Source: a virus
Virus record (IMG/VR): IMGVR_UViG_3300022934_000004
Reading direction: 5' to 3' (one strand)
Length of the DNA stretch: 64,000 nt
The stretch's first letter is position 1, and each line of letters begins with the position of its first letter. Position numbers and translations under genes: made by a program. The notes under the pieces were generated by a model. The model was given only the letters and a program-made list of their open reading frames with translations. It ran no database searches and was not told the origin of the DNA. This document shows, piece after piece, positions 9,368-18,831 of the stretch.

Positions 9368-9736
9368 ATGAAAATACTTGATAATGTAACTGATGAAAAT
9401 TTTCAGTTCTTTGCAGCAAGGCATTATTATAATCCTCGCTGTATTGATATAGAAGAATTTCACGAAGATTTGAATAGATTTAAGTATGTTAAAAGGCTGG
9501 TGAATAAGTACCTAGAAACAGGAAAATTATCAGAACGATTAATACTAAATCATTTGATTGTTATATTCAATGCTTTTGATATAGAACCTTCTTTGAAAAT
9601 GTTAGATTATAAATTGGATAAGAAACAATGGGAAGTTATTAAACCTTTTCTAGTATTCTTAAAACATATTAAAAATAATCAATATGTGAATGTGGAAATG
9701 GATAAGAAGGTGATTGAAGCTTTAAGGAAAATTTAA
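9368..9736 (+). CDS. Conserved T4-like hypothetical protein
   Basis: HYYNPRC..EEFHEDLNRFKYVKRL..ERLILNH pattern familiar from T4-like phages. Confidence 0.7.
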   Translation: MKILDNVTDENFQFFAARHYYNPRCIDIEEFHEDLNRFKYVKRLVNKYLETGKLSERLILNHLIVIFNAFDIEPSLKMLDYKLDKKQWEVIKPFLVFLKHIKNNQYVNVEMDKKVIEALRKI

Positions 9737-10308
9737 TGGGAATAGTTAAAAGAGCTGCCGACCTTGCATTTACGTTTAGATTTCTTCGCATGCTTGTCAT
9801 GGATTGGAAGAAGTGGGATGCGTATAAGCTAGGTATTATTGATGAAAATGGAAAAAGAAAAAAAGAAGTCAAGCTTGATACAAATGAGAAAAAGTCTGCT
9901 TTTACTCCGTTCATAAGACTTGCCGCAAATGTAAAAAGAACAGTTGGCTTTAATAAATTAACATCGATCGCAGCAGCTCTCTATCTTATTAAAGAGCATA
10001 ATCAACTAAGTGATAAAGACATTGATAAAATACTAGATGGACTCGATATAGATCCAACAGATCTTATTAAAGAACAAAATGAATGGTTTGTATTAGAAGA
10101 TAATAGATTATCACCAGGAATTTATAAAGTAAAGTACCCTAAAGTTATAAATACTACATATGAGGAGGTAGTCTCTGCTAAAGATAAGATTAAGGTAGAC
10201 AACACCGCTTATCCTATAGGTCAGATCTACGGTTTAGATATTTACGAAGCAGTCCACCTTCTCTCAAATCAAAAGGTGTATATTACACCAGGAGAACTAA
10301 TAAAATGA
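9736..10308 (+). CDS. Conserved T4-like hypothetical protein
   Basis: WDAYKLGIIDENGK..AAALYLIKE; coupled to neighbours. Confidence 0.7.
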   Translation: MGIVKRAADLAFTFRFLRMLVMDWKKWDAYKLGIIDENGKRKKEVKLDTNEKKSAFTPFIRLAANVKRTVGFNKLTSIAAALYLIKEHNQLSDKDIDKILDGLDIDPTDLIKEQNEWFVLEDNRLSPGIYKVKYPKVINTTYEEVVSAKDKIKVDNTAYPIGQIYGLDIYEAVHLLSNQKVYITPGELIK

Positions 10309-10547
10309 GTTTATGGGATAACATTCGAAAACGAAGAGCGGCGGGTAAGCCTAAATTAAAACCAGGTGATAAAAATTATCCAAAAACCTTGAATATTGAA
10401 GAAGTTCCAGGTGGTGCTAACACTGCATCAATTCCTAATCCAGCTACTACCTCTCAAGGACAGATTGCTGTTGACCGTAGAAGAAGAAAAGACAAGCATC
10501 CTAAACTCTTAAAGAGATTTAGAAGGTATGTAGAGGATGGCAAGTAA
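10305..10547 (+). CDS. Small basic hypothetical protein
   Basis: ATGA overlap; LWDNIRKRR. Confidence 0.65.
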   Translation: MSLWDNIRKRRAAGKPKLKPGDKNYPKTLNIEEVPGGANTASIPNPATTSQGQIAVDRRRRKDKHPKLLKRFRRYVEDGK

Positions 10548-10983
10548 AATTTCAGAAAATACTGAAGTTGCTTTACCACTTAGAAATATTTTATCTTTAG
10601 TTGTAGGAGCAAGTATTGCCACGTGGGCATACTTTGGTATTGTAGAACGATTAAATAATATTGAAACATCACAAACCATGATGCATAATGATGTACAGAT
10701 GAATACTGAGTTTCGTATTAAATGGCCTCGTGGTGAAATGGGAAGTTTACCAGCAGATAGCGAACAATTTATGCTAATAGAACATCTTGCTGGTGAATTA
10801 GATAAATTAACAAATGAAATAGAAAGTGGGCAAGCTCCGTTTGATCAACAACAACAATTAACTCTAAACTTTTATAAAGATCGAATTGAACAATTAGAAA
10901 AAGCTCATGAAAAAATTCGTAATGATATAATGGATTTAGTTCATGATTTAAATGGAATAAAACGTGTAAATGGGGGTCACTAA
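10537..10983 (+). CDS. Membrane-anchored protein, possible lysis accessory
   Basis: N-terminal hydrophobic helix; upstream of spanins. Confidence 0.55.
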   Translation: MASKISENTEVALPLRNILSLVVGASIATWAYFGIVERLNNIETSQTMMHNDVQMNTEFRIKWPRGEMGSLPADSEQFMLIEHLAGELDKLTNEIESGQAPFDQQQQLTLNFYKDRIEQLEKAHEKIRNDIMDLVHDLNGIKRVNGGH

Positions 10984-11195
10984 TGATAGAGACTTTATTT
11001 GTTTTATTTCTTTATATGAACAACAAAGTGATAGAGTATACACCAAAGGACAGCTTAGTTGATTGTTTAGGAACTAAGCGCCAAATTGAACGAAATCTTG
11101 GTGATAGTAGCAGATATTCTTGTGAGAAGCATACTGTTAAAACTATGGAAAAGACAAATGGCAAGAAAGAAATATTAGAATTTATTGAGGATTGA
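10983..11195 (+). CDS. Small protein with hydrophobic N-terminus and two Cys
   Basis: ORF coupled to neighbours. Confidence 0.55.
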   Translation: MIETLFVLFLYMNNKVIEYTPKDSLVDCLGTKRQIERNLGDSSRYSCEKHTVKTMEKTNGKKEILEFIED

Positions 11196-11196
11196 T

Positions 11197-11646
11197 ATGG
11201 CTAGACTTTATTTAATATTACTAATTTTAGGATTAATGTCTTCTATTGGATATGCTGGATATTCTTATTATATGTGGTCACAAGAAACAATTGGAACACT
11301 AAGAGAAAATAACGTGAAATTAAAATCTGCTGCAGAAACTTTACAAGTGACAGTAGATAAAATGGCAGAAGATGCACAAAGAAATGAAGAATTAAATCGT
11401 AATTTAACTAAACAATTACAAAAATCACAAGAGCACCTTGATAAACTCAGAGGTGTATTTGCAGAAATTGACTTGACTATGGAGGCATTAACAAATGCAC
11501 AAGGACTCGAAGACAGGGTTAATGCAGCAGTTGAAAAGCTCATTAACAGAATACAAAATGAAACTACTCCTCCTTCTGACGATCCCATTCCTACTGACAG
11601 CGTGCGGAATGAGGACACCGGAACCGGAAGTAGTGGTCCAAACTGA
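11197..11646 (+). CDS. Inner-membrane spanin (Rz-like)
   Basis: N-terminal TM helix then long coiled coil; overlaps lipoprotein gene. Confidence 0.7.
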   Translation: MARLYLILLILGLMSSIGYAGYSYYMWSQETIGTLRENNVKLKSAAETLQVTVDKMAEDAQRNEELNRNLTKQLQKSQEHLDKLRGVFAEIDLTMEALTNAQGLEDRVNAAVEKLINRIQNETTPPSDDPIPTDSVRNEDTGTGSSGPN

Positions 11647-11908
11647 ATATCAAGAACAACTTGTTCCTATTCAAGAAAGACCTAAAGCAGTAACTATGCC
11701 ATCAGTTGATTGGTTTGTTATTACTGAAGAAAACCTAGAAGAAAAGCTAGCTGAAATCGATACTAAGACAGGCGATGTAGTTTTATTTGCTATAACTCCT
11801 AAAGGATACGAAAACCTAGCTCTTGGTATAGGTGACTTACGTAGATATATAAAGGATCAACAGGCTATCATAGGTTACTATGAAGAAGCTTTAACCTCAG
11901 AAAAATAA
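11558..11908 (+). CDS. Outer-membrane lipoprotein spanin (Rz1-like)
   Basis: MKLLLLLTIPFLLTAC lipobox; Pro-rich mature part; starts inside Rz-like gene in a different frame. Confidence 0.75.
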   Translation: MKLLLLLTIPFLLTACGMRTPEPEVVVQTEYQEQLVPIQERPKAVTMPSVDWFVITEENLEEKLAEIDTKTGDVVLFAITPKGYENLALGIGDLRRYIKDQQAIIGYYEEALTSEK

Positions 11909-12059
11909 ATCAATAAAAATTAAAAAAATATGGGAATATACCATATATGGTATATGTACAAACTCGTGTTTTAATATATAATACTATCAAGAAAACAATC
12001 CTACTTATGCAGCATGCCATCCAGGTGTGCTTGATCTTTTTTACGCAAAGGAAAAACTC

Positions 12060-14288
12060 ATGTTAAAAATAGTTCCAAACAATTCAGAAGTTAATACCCG
12101 TCAACTTCTGTCTCAGACTAAATTTTATGAAGGGTACTCTCGTTGGAGTGAAGAATTAAATCGTTATGAAACTTGGGAAGAAGCTGTGACTCGTGTCATG
12201 GATATGCATAGAGAGTATTATTCAGAAAAAATGTCACCGGAACTAGAACAACTTATAGATGAAGCAGAGTCCTTATATAAACTACAATACGCTTTAGGTG
12301 CTCAGAGAGCGCTCCAGTTTGGCGGTGAACAGCTCAAGAAGCATCAAATGCGGATGTACAATTGCACGTCTAGTTACGCAGATAGAGCAGAATTTTTTGG
12401 TGAATTGTTTTACATCCTCTTGTGTGGTGCTGGTGCTGGATTTTCTGTTCAAAAGCATCATGTAGATAAAATGCCAGATATTACAGAACGTAAAAAACAG
12501 GCAAAGGGTTTTGTTGTTGAGGATTCAATTGAAGGTTGGGCTGATTCTTTATCAGTTCTTATGTCTTCTTATTTTGTTGGCGGTGGAACTCATCCAGATT
12601 TTGAAGGACGTAAAATTTATTTTGACTTACAAAATGTAAGACCGAAAGGCGCAAAGATTTCAGGTGGATTCAAAGCCCCTGGACCAGAACCACTTCGTCG
12701 TGCTCTCGATAAAATTGAACATATGTTACAAGGTGTTGTTTTATCTGGTCGTAAAAGGCTTAAGCCAATTGAAGTATATGATATCGCAATGCACGCCGCA
12801 GACGCAGTTTTAGCAGGTGGTGTACGTAGGTCTGCTACTATTTGCTTATTTTCACCAGACGATGAGGAGATGATGAATGCAAAAACAGGAAATTGGTTCA
12901 ACGATAACCCTCAACGGGGCAGAAGCAATAATTCAGCTGTTATCGTCAGATCCGAAATTACTAAAGAAGATTTTAAAAAAATCATGGAACCAATCAAACA
13001 ATTTGGAGAACCAGGATTTTACTTTGTCGAAGACAGAGATTTCACGACTAATCCGTGTGTTGAGATTGGTATGTATCCGCAAATTGATGGAGAATCAGGT
13101 TGGCAAGGATGTAACTTAACTGAAATCAACGGTGGGAAATGTACAACTGAAAAAGAATTTTATAAAGCATGTCGTGCTGCTTCAATTATGGGTACACTTC
13201 AAGCAGGATACACTGATTTTAAATATATAGGGGAAATTTCCAAAAAGATCTATGAAAGAGAAGCACTATTAGGTGTTTCAATTACAGGTTGGATGAATAA
13301 TCCAGATGTTTTATTAAATGAAACTATTCAAGAAAAGGGTGCTGAAATTGTCAAACAAGTCAACCGAGAAGTTGCAGGACTTATTGGAATCAATCCAGCG
13401 GCTAGAACAACGTGTGTCAAGCCATCAGGAAACGCTTCGGTTTTATTGCAAACTGCTAGTGGTATTCACGCTGAGCATTCCCCTCGTTATTTACGCCATA
13501 TACAACTAAATAAGGAGACTGAAGTTGCTCAGCTTATTGCTTCTGAAAACCCTTACATGGTTGAGGAGTCGGTATGGTCTAGCAATAACACTGATTATTG
13601 TATTGCTTTTCCTGTTATTTCCCCTCAAAACTCTCTCTATAGAGAAGACCTGTATGGAACCGAATTGCTCGAAAAAGTCAAGCTCGTTCAATCCAGCTGG
13701 GTTGAAAGTGGTACCAATAAAGAGCTGTGTGCTGATGAAAGAATCAGGCACAATGTGTCAAACACCGTTACAGTGATGCCACATATGTGGTCACAAATTG
13801 AAGATTATGTATATGAAAATCGTAATTATTTTGCAGGTATTAGTTTCTTAGCTGGTTCCGGTGATAAAGATTTTGCTCAAGCTCCTATGAGTGAAGTCAT
13901 GACTGAAGATCAGATTGTTGATAAATACGGTAAAGCTGCATTGTTTGCATCTGGTCTGATTGTCGATACACGTAAATCAGGATTTAGAGATCTTTGGGAT
14001 GCTACCTTTATAGCACAGCAACCTGAAGAATATAGAGGAGAAGTAAGCGACTTGAATAAAGAATGGATCCGCCGCTTTAATAAGTTTGCTGATAACTATT
14101 TTATGGGTGATACAAAGGAAACTGAGTATTGTCTAAAGGATGTTTTCCTTCTTCATAAATGGACTAAGATTCAACAGAATTATACTGCAGTGGATTTTGT
14201 AACACAACTAACAGAAAAAAGATTTACAGATATCGATACAATGGGTGCAATGGCGTGTCATGGTGGAGCGTGCGAAATTACTTTCTAG
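12060..14288 (+). CDS. nrdJ: Class II adenosylcobalamin-dependent ribonucleotide reductase (monomeric RTPR-type)
   Basis: YNC, GGVRRSA, TNPCVEI, GCNLTEIN, VKPSG and C-terminal CHGGACEI; no adjacent nrdB. Confidence 0.9.
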   Translation: MLKIVPNNSEVNTRQLLSQTKFYEGYSRWSEELNRYETWEEAVTRVMDMHREYYSEKMSPELEQLIDEAESLYKLQYALGAQRALQFGGEQLKKHQMRMYNCTSSYADRAEFFGELFYILLCGAGAGFSVQKHHVDKMPDITERKKQAKGFVVEDSIEGWADSLSVLMSSYFVGGGTHPDFEGRKIYFDLQNVRPKGAKISGGFKAPGPEPLRRALDKIEHMLQGVVLSGRKRLKPIEVYDIAMHAADAVLAGGVRRSATICLFSPDDEEMMNAKTGNWFNDNPQRGRSNNSAVIVRSEITKEDFKKIMEPIKQFGEPGFYFVEDRDFTTNPCVEIGMYPQIDGESGWQGCNLTEINGGKCTTEKEFYKACRAASIMGTLQAGYTDFKYIGEISKKIYEREALLGVSITGWMNNPDVLLNETIQEKGAEIVKQVNREVAGLIGINPAARTTCVKPSGNASVLLQTASGIHAEHSPRYLRHIQLNKETEVAQLIASENPYMVEESVWSSNNTDYCIAFPVISPQNSLYREDLYGTELLEKVKLVQSSWVESGTNKELCADERIRHNVSNTVTVMPHMWSQIEDYVYENRNYFAGISFLAGSGDKDFAQAPMSEVMTEDQIVDKYGKAALFASGLIVDTRKSGFRDLWDATFIAQQPEEYRGEVSDLNKEWIRRFNKFADNYFMGDTKETEYCLKDVFLLHKWTKIQQNYTAVDFVTQLTEKRFTDIDTMGAMACHGGACEITF

Positions 14289-14300
14289 GAGCATAAGGGA

Positions 14301-14444
14301 TTGAAACATTACTACATCGAGTGTCAATACTGTGAAGAAGAAACCACAGTTTCAACACTACAAGAAGAGCCAGATTTTTGTCCTATGTGTGGCACACAAG
14401 TAAATGCTGTTTATTTAGATCAAATGGATGATTCAAACGAGTAA
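14301..14444 (+). CDS. Small zinc-ribbon protein (not in ORF track)
   Basis: TTG start; CQYC...FCPMCG, 47 aa. Confidence 0.7.
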   Translation: MKHYYIECQYCEEETTVSTLQEEPDFCPMCGTQVNAVYLDQMDDSNE

Positions 14445-14448
14445 TAAA

Positions 14449-14700
14449 ATGGAATTTAATTCAGTAGCTACTAATATACAAAACGCTATGATGATGCAAG
14501 GCATAAGTAAAAATATGCCTATGAATATTCCTAATAAAGCTCAATCTCTAAAAGGTGTAAGTGAAAATATGCCTTTTAACCATGAACATAAAAATACAGA
14601 TCGTGAATATATTCGTGAAACATATTACAATTATAATGCTAAAGGTGAGCGAGTAATGATTAGACAAATAGGACATATGGTTGATATTACTGTACTATAA
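14449..14700 (+). CDS. Hypothetical protein
   Basis: Co-oriented ORF. Confidence 0.5.
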   Translation: MEFNSVATNIQNAMMMQGISKNMPMNIPNKAQSLKGVSENMPFNHEHKNTDREYIRETYYNYNAKGERVMIRQIGHMVDITVL

Positions 14701-14703
14701 ATA
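14696..14703 (+). promoter_or_regulatory. T4-type late promoter
   Basis: TATAAATA just before ATG 14709. Confidence 0.65.
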
Positions 14704-14708
14704 AACAT

Positions 14709-15161
14709 ATGTGGTATTATAATGAAAAAGAATTTGAACCAGCTGAATTTTCTTATGAAGATTTGGCTGGTTTTGTTTACATAATTACTGATTTAAATAA
14801 CGGTAAAAAATATGTAGGAAAAAAATTATTTTGGGGAACAAGAAAATTAAAACCTCTTAAAGGAAAGACTCGTAAAAGAATAACAAAAATAGAGTCTGAT
14901 TGGAGAGAATATTTCGGATCTAACGAAGAAGTAAAAATGTTAGTCGAAAATGAGGGACAAAAAAGATTTAAAAGGAACATCCTCCACCTATGTAAATCAA
15001 AAGGTGAAATGACTTATTTAGAAATGAAAGAACAAATTGATCGTGAAGTACTATTCCGTGATGATTATTATAATGAATTTATTGGAGGCAAAATTCATAG
15101 TAAACATTTAAAGGAATATAAAAATGTACGAATACAAAGCAAAAATTCTCCGAGTAGTTGA
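14709..15161 (+). CDS. GIY-YIG family nuclease-like protein
   Basis: GFVYIIT...KKYVGKK; YFGS; YYN. Confidence 0.75.
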   Translation: MWYYNEKEFEPAEFSYEDLAGFVYIITDLNNGKKYVGKKLFWGTRKLKPLKGKTRKRITKIESDWREYFGSNEEVKMLVENEGQKRFKRNILHLCKSKGEMTYLEMKEQIDREVLFRDDYYNEFIGGKIHSKHLKEYKNVRIQSKNSPSS

Positions 15162-15579
15162 TGGAGATACTGTAGACGTAGACATCGATTTAGGATTTGG
15201 AATTGTATTGACTGATGAAAGAGTTAGAATTATGGGTATCGATACACCTGAAACTAGAACAAGCGATAAGGTTGAAAAACTTTTTGGTTTAGCAGCAAAA
15301 GAAAGAGCAAAAGAACTTTTATCTAAAGGCGCAACTTTAAAAACCTTTGCAGCAAAAGATGGAGAGGATATGAAAGGAAAATTTGGTCGTATCCTTGGTG
15401 ATTTTATTTTAAAAGATGATCGTATGTTCACTGAAGTTTTGATAGAAGAAGGGCATGCTGTAAAATATCATGGCCAGAACAAAGCAGAAATAGAAAAAAG
15501 TCATTTAGCTAATAGAAATAAATTAATGACTGAAGGTACAATAGATCCAGCGGAAGTTCAAAAAGTTTCAGAAAAATAA
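15124..15579 (+). CDS. Thermonuclease (SNase) family nuclease
   Basis: VVDGDT, RIMGIDTPE, GKFGRILG. Confidence 0.9.
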   Translation: MYEYKAKILRVVDGDTVDVDIDLGFGIVLTDERVRIMGIDTPETRTSDKVEKLFGLAAKERAKELLSKGATLKTFAAKDGEDMKGKFGRILGDFILKDDRMFTEVLIEEGHAVKYHGQNKAEIEKSHLANRNKLMTEGTIDPAEVQKVSEK

Positions 15580-15588
15580 AAAAAATGG

Positions 15589-15617
15589 TTTACATTTGAT
15601 AAGAACTATGGTAGAAT
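15589..15617 (+). promoter_or_regulatory. T4-type early promoter
   Basis: GTTTACA-17-TAGAAT. Confidence 0.75.
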
Positions 15618-15642
15618 GGTTACATAATGATAGGAGTAAACT

Positions 15643-16494
15643 ATGATCTTAATAGATTATAATGGTATTGCCATCGGCAATGTAGTAGTACAAAAACTTG
15701 CAGCGGATGAGAATCTTATTCGACATATGATTCTAAATTCAATCCGTATGTATCGCCAAAAATTCTTAAAAGAATATGGTGAAGTTGTAATTATTGCCGA
15801 TGGTACAAATAATTGGAGGAAAGAAGTATTTCCTCAATATAAAGCTAGTCGTAAAAAATCACGCGATGAGTCATCTATTGATTGGAATGAAGTGTTTCGT
15901 ATTATCAATATGGTTCGTGATGAAATACGAGATAATTTTCCTTATAAAGTTATGCACCAACAAGGTTGTGAAGCCGATGATGTAATTGCTCAAATCGCAT
16001 TACAAACTCAAGAGTTTGGCAAACATGAGCCTGTCATGATCGTTTCAGCCGATAAAGATTTTATTCAATTACAAAAACATAAGAACATTCGTCAGTTTTC
16101 CCCTATGACTAAAAAATATGTTTCTGATCCTAATCCTCATAAATATATGATGGAACATATTTTCCGCGGAGATGGTGGCGACGGAGTCCCTAATGTGCTC
16201 TCTGATGACAATGTTTTTGTAGAAGGACGTAGACAATCTCCTGTAACAAAGAAAAAGATTGAGCAATGGTTATCATCTGATAATTTACAAGCTGCTATGG
16301 GAGATGATATATATCGTAACTACCAACGTAATCAACGTATGATTGACTTAACTATGACACCTGATAATATTAAACAGGAAATTATTGAAACCTATGAAGG
16401 CCAAGATCCTTGGTCAAACAAAGGAAAAGTTTTTCCTTATTTAATTGCTAAACGCTGCAAATTACTTATGGAAAATGTTCAAGAATTTATATGA
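15643..16494 (+). CDS. rnh: T4-like RNase H / 5'-3' exonuclease
   Basis: WRKEVFPQYKASR, EADDVI, SADKDFIQL, GDGGDGVPN. Confidence 0.92.
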   Translation: MILIDYNGIAIGNVVVQKLAADENLIRHMILNSIRMYRQKFLKEYGEVVIIADGTNNWRKEVFPQYKASRKKSRDESSIDWNEVFRIINMVRDEIRDNFPYKVMHQQGCEADDVIAQIALQTQEFGKHEPVMIVSADKDFIQLQKHKNIRQFSPMTKKYVSDPNPHKYMMEHIFRGDGGDGVPNVLSDDNVFVEGRRQSPVTKKKIEQWLSSDNLQAAMGDDIYRNYQRNQRMIDLTMTPDNIKQEIIETYEGQDPWSNKGKVFPYLIAKRCKLLMENVQEFI

Positions 16495-16531
16495 TGATTA
16501 TATATAAAATTAAGATGAATAGGAGTTTATA

Positions 16532-16951
16532 ATGGTAATGCTAGTTCATGAAGTTCTTGACGAAGCTAGAAAAAAACGAAAAAAAGACGAACGAATTCAA
16601 GTGCTAAAAAATAATGAGTCATGGGCACTTAAAGATATTCTCAGAGGTTCAATGGATCCTACCATTGAATGGAATCTGCCAACAGGGGAGGATGTTCCTT
16701 ACACCCCTAATCAACCGCATTCAGCACCAGGTAATCTATTACGTGAAAACACAAAGTTTAAGTTCTTTGTGAAAGGTGGACCTGGTGACAAAATGATGAA
16801 GGCAAAGCGAGAACAGATATTCATTGGGATTCTAGAAGGTATAGATCCTAATGATGCATTGTTAGTCATCGATATGATTAACAAAAAACCGCCTTCGGGC
16901 ATAACTAAACAAGTAGTAGAGGAGGCTTTCCCTGGCTTACTTAAGGGTTAA
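16532..16951 (+). CDS. Conserved T4-like hypothetical (DUF6433-like)
   Basis: WNLP.G..PY; KREQIFI.ILEGI; EAFPGL; position after rnh. Confidence 0.7.
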   Translation: MVMLVHEVLDEARKKRKKDERIQVLKNNESWALKDILRGSMDPTIEWNLPTGEDVPYTPNQPHSAPGNLLRENTKFKFFVKGGPGDKMMKAKREQIFIGILEGIDPNDALLVIDMINKKPPSGITKQVVEEAFPGLLKG

Positions 16952-17032
16952 AAACAATAAAAATAGAAACTCAAACTACTAAGGTCGCTGCGCTTCTGTG
17001 CTAGCGGCCTTATACACTTCAAAGGAGGACAA

Positions 17033-17188
17033 ATGTCCAAGTTAGAAAGACTGCAACAAGATTCAAAAGAGCTGAAAAAATTTGTAGAAAAACTAACAAA
17101 GGAGGGTAATGATTCATTAGCATCTAAAGTTCTACTTAAAAAGAGATTTTTAGATAGACGGATCGATGAATTATATTCTACAGCATAA
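17033..17188 (+). CDS. Small hypothetical protein (not in ORF track)
   Basis: AAGGAGG RBS; 51 aa MSKLERLQQD... Confidence 0.6.
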   Translation: MSKLERLQQDSKELKKFVEKLTKEGNDSLASKVLLKKRFLDRRIDELYSTA

Positions 17189-17193
17189 AAAGG

Positions 17194-17221
17194 TGTACAT
17201 TTTTGAAATATTTGGTATAAT
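17194..17221 (+). promoter_or_regulatory. Early-type promoter upstream of a hairpin
   Basis: TGTACA-16-TATAAT. Confidence 0.55.
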
Positions 17222-17306
17222 AGATTAGGGAGCTTTAAGGTGGATGGATAAATAGTTATGTTATTCATCCATCTTTCGTTAAAATGAATTATTTACAATT
17301 TTATGG

Positions 17307-17335
17307 TTTACTTTTGGTTTCATATATGGTAAGAT
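17307..17335 (+). promoter_or_regulatory. T4-type early promoter
   Basis: GTTTACT-17-TAAGAT. Confidence 0.7.
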
Positions 17336-17354
17336 TTTATAATGGAGGTTACAT

Positions 17355-17912
17355 ATGAATATTTTTATCTTAGATCGTGATCCTATTATTGCTGCACAAT
17401 TACAGTGTGACAAACATGTGGTCAAAATGATTGTCGAATCAGCTCAAATGCTATCCACAGCACATCGTATGCTCGATGGTTATGTTGAAAAACGTCCATC
17501 AAAATCAGGTAAACGTATGATCAATTATTGGGTACATCCAACACCACATAAAGAAGAACGTCTATACAAAGCTGTGCATCATGGTCATCCATCAACAGTA
17601 TGGACTATGGAATCGGATCGTAATTATAAATGGCATTACGATCATTTTGTTGCTTTGCTTCACGAATATACTCATCGGTATGGTAAAGAACATGGTACAT
17701 CAAAATTACAGGATATACTTACTTTGCCTCCACGTAATATCAAAAAGCGAGGCCTAACACCTTTTAAGTTAGCTATGGCTGACTATCCCGAATGCATTGC
17801 TCTTGGCGATCCAGTCGAGGCGTACCGTGCATTCTATCAAACCAAGCAATCAAGATTTAAAATGGCTTGGACAAACCGCAACGTACCTGAATGGTTCAAG
17901 GAGGTAGCATGA
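17355..17912 (+). CDS. Pyrimidine-dimer DNA glycosylase (DenV-related) family protein
   Basis: MNIFILD..P..AAQ..CDKHVVKMIVESAQMLSTAH; HPS..W; AYR.FY. Confidence 0.75.
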   Translation: MNIFILDRDPIIAAQLQCDKHVVKMIVESAQMLSTAHRMLDGYVEKRPSKSGKRMINYWVHPTPHKEERLYKAVHHGHPSTVWTMESDRNYKWHYDHFVALLHEYTHRYGKEHGTSKLQDILTLPPRNIKKRGLTPFKLAMADYPECIALGDPVEAYRAFYQTKQSRFKMAWTNRNVPEWFKEVA

Positions 17913-18052
17913 CTAAAGACAAAACACGCGCGTCAAGAATGATGAGATCTAAAGCAGCTAGATTACGTAGAAAAGCTCGTAAGACTATGATTGAAGATCG
18001 AACACTGCGTTTGTTTGCTCGACTCCGAAGAAAAAGGAAACAAGCAGCATAA
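17909..18052 (+). CDS. Small Arg-rich protein (not in ORF track)
   Basis: GGAGG RBS, ATGA overlap; 47 aa. Confidence 0.6.
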   Translation: MTKDKTRASRMMRSKAARLRRKARKTMIEDRTLRLFARLRRKRKQAA

Positions 18053-18057
18053 AGTTG

Positions 18058-18086
18058 TTTACTTTTGGTTTAAATTGTGGTAGATT
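18058..18086 (+). promoter_or_regulatory. T4-type early promoter
   Basis: GTTTACT-17-TAGATT with TGTGG. Confidence 0.75.
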
Positions 18087-18091
18087 AAATT

Positions 18092-18604
18092 ATGGATATA
18101 AAATTTTCTGGATATAAAATGTCATCTAAACAGCAAGCGATCATATGCGAAGCCTGTGATCTCGTGCTTAGCCAACTCGTGTCTAAAAGATTAAAGGACT
18201 CTTTATTCTTAAATATTCATGTTGTTAAAGACTTACATGTGACACATGGTATATGGGGCGATGTAGATGTTGAAGACTGCTACGAAAAGTCACCAAAAGA
18301 ATACACAATTCGAGTAAATTACTCTGGTATAAAATCCTTTATTAAAATGCTAGAAGTATTGAGTCATGAGTTAGTTCATGTGGCTCAATACGCTACTCGT
18401 AGAATGAGGATTTTATCAGAATCATTTAAAGTAGCTTATGGTAAAGAACACTTTAACAGTCATCGTATGCCATATTCTGAAAGACCATGGGAGATTGAAG
18501 CACACGAAAAAGAATACATATTATTTAGTAAAGCAGTAAATTCTTCTGATAACATACAAAAATACATAGAAAAATCTAGTTATCACTATGGGTTAGGAAT
18601 GTAA
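18092..18604 (+). CDS. HEXXH zinc metallopeptidase-like protein
   Basis: LSHELVHVAQY ... PWEIEA. Confidence 0.75.
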   Translation: MDIKFSGYKMSSKQQAIICEACDLVLSQLVSKRLKDSLFLNIHVVKDLHVTHGIWGDVDVEDCYEKSPKEYTIRVNYSGIKSFIKMLEVLSHELVHVAQYATRRMRILSESFKVAYGKEHFNSHRMPYSERPWEIEAHEKEYILFSKAVNSSDNIQKYIEKSSYHYGLGM

Positions 18605-18831
18605 TGTTTGGTGAAATAGAATATAAAGTAATAGATGAAGTTAAGTTTGGTCCTGAGGATAATCCTGGCACTTGGCTTCGTTTAGAAGAGTCACCAAAAG
18701 GTAAGAGAGTCATTAGATCTTGGTCTGGTGCTGGTAGAGATAAGTATTGGAAAGTAATGTATAGATATGATGTAGACAAAAATTGGGAAAGCTGGAAAAA
18801 GATATGCCAACGTATACGCTTAGGGACATAA
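18604..18831 (+). CDS. Hypothetical protein
   Basis: TAATG coupling. Confidence 0.55.
   Translation: MFGEIEYKVIDEVKFGPEDNPGTWLRLEESPKGKRVIRSWSGAGRDKYWKVMYRYDVDKNWESWKKICQRIRLGT

Noticed and set aside
11960-12059. Cobalamin riboswitch upstream of nrdJ
   Set aside because: The leader is only about 80 nt and lacks recognisable B12-box elements
14709-15161. Mobile homing endonuclease or intron
   Set aside because: GIY-YIG-like but short, with no DNA-binding tail; it does not interrupt a gene, and no intron structure is evident; nrdJ is uninterrupted
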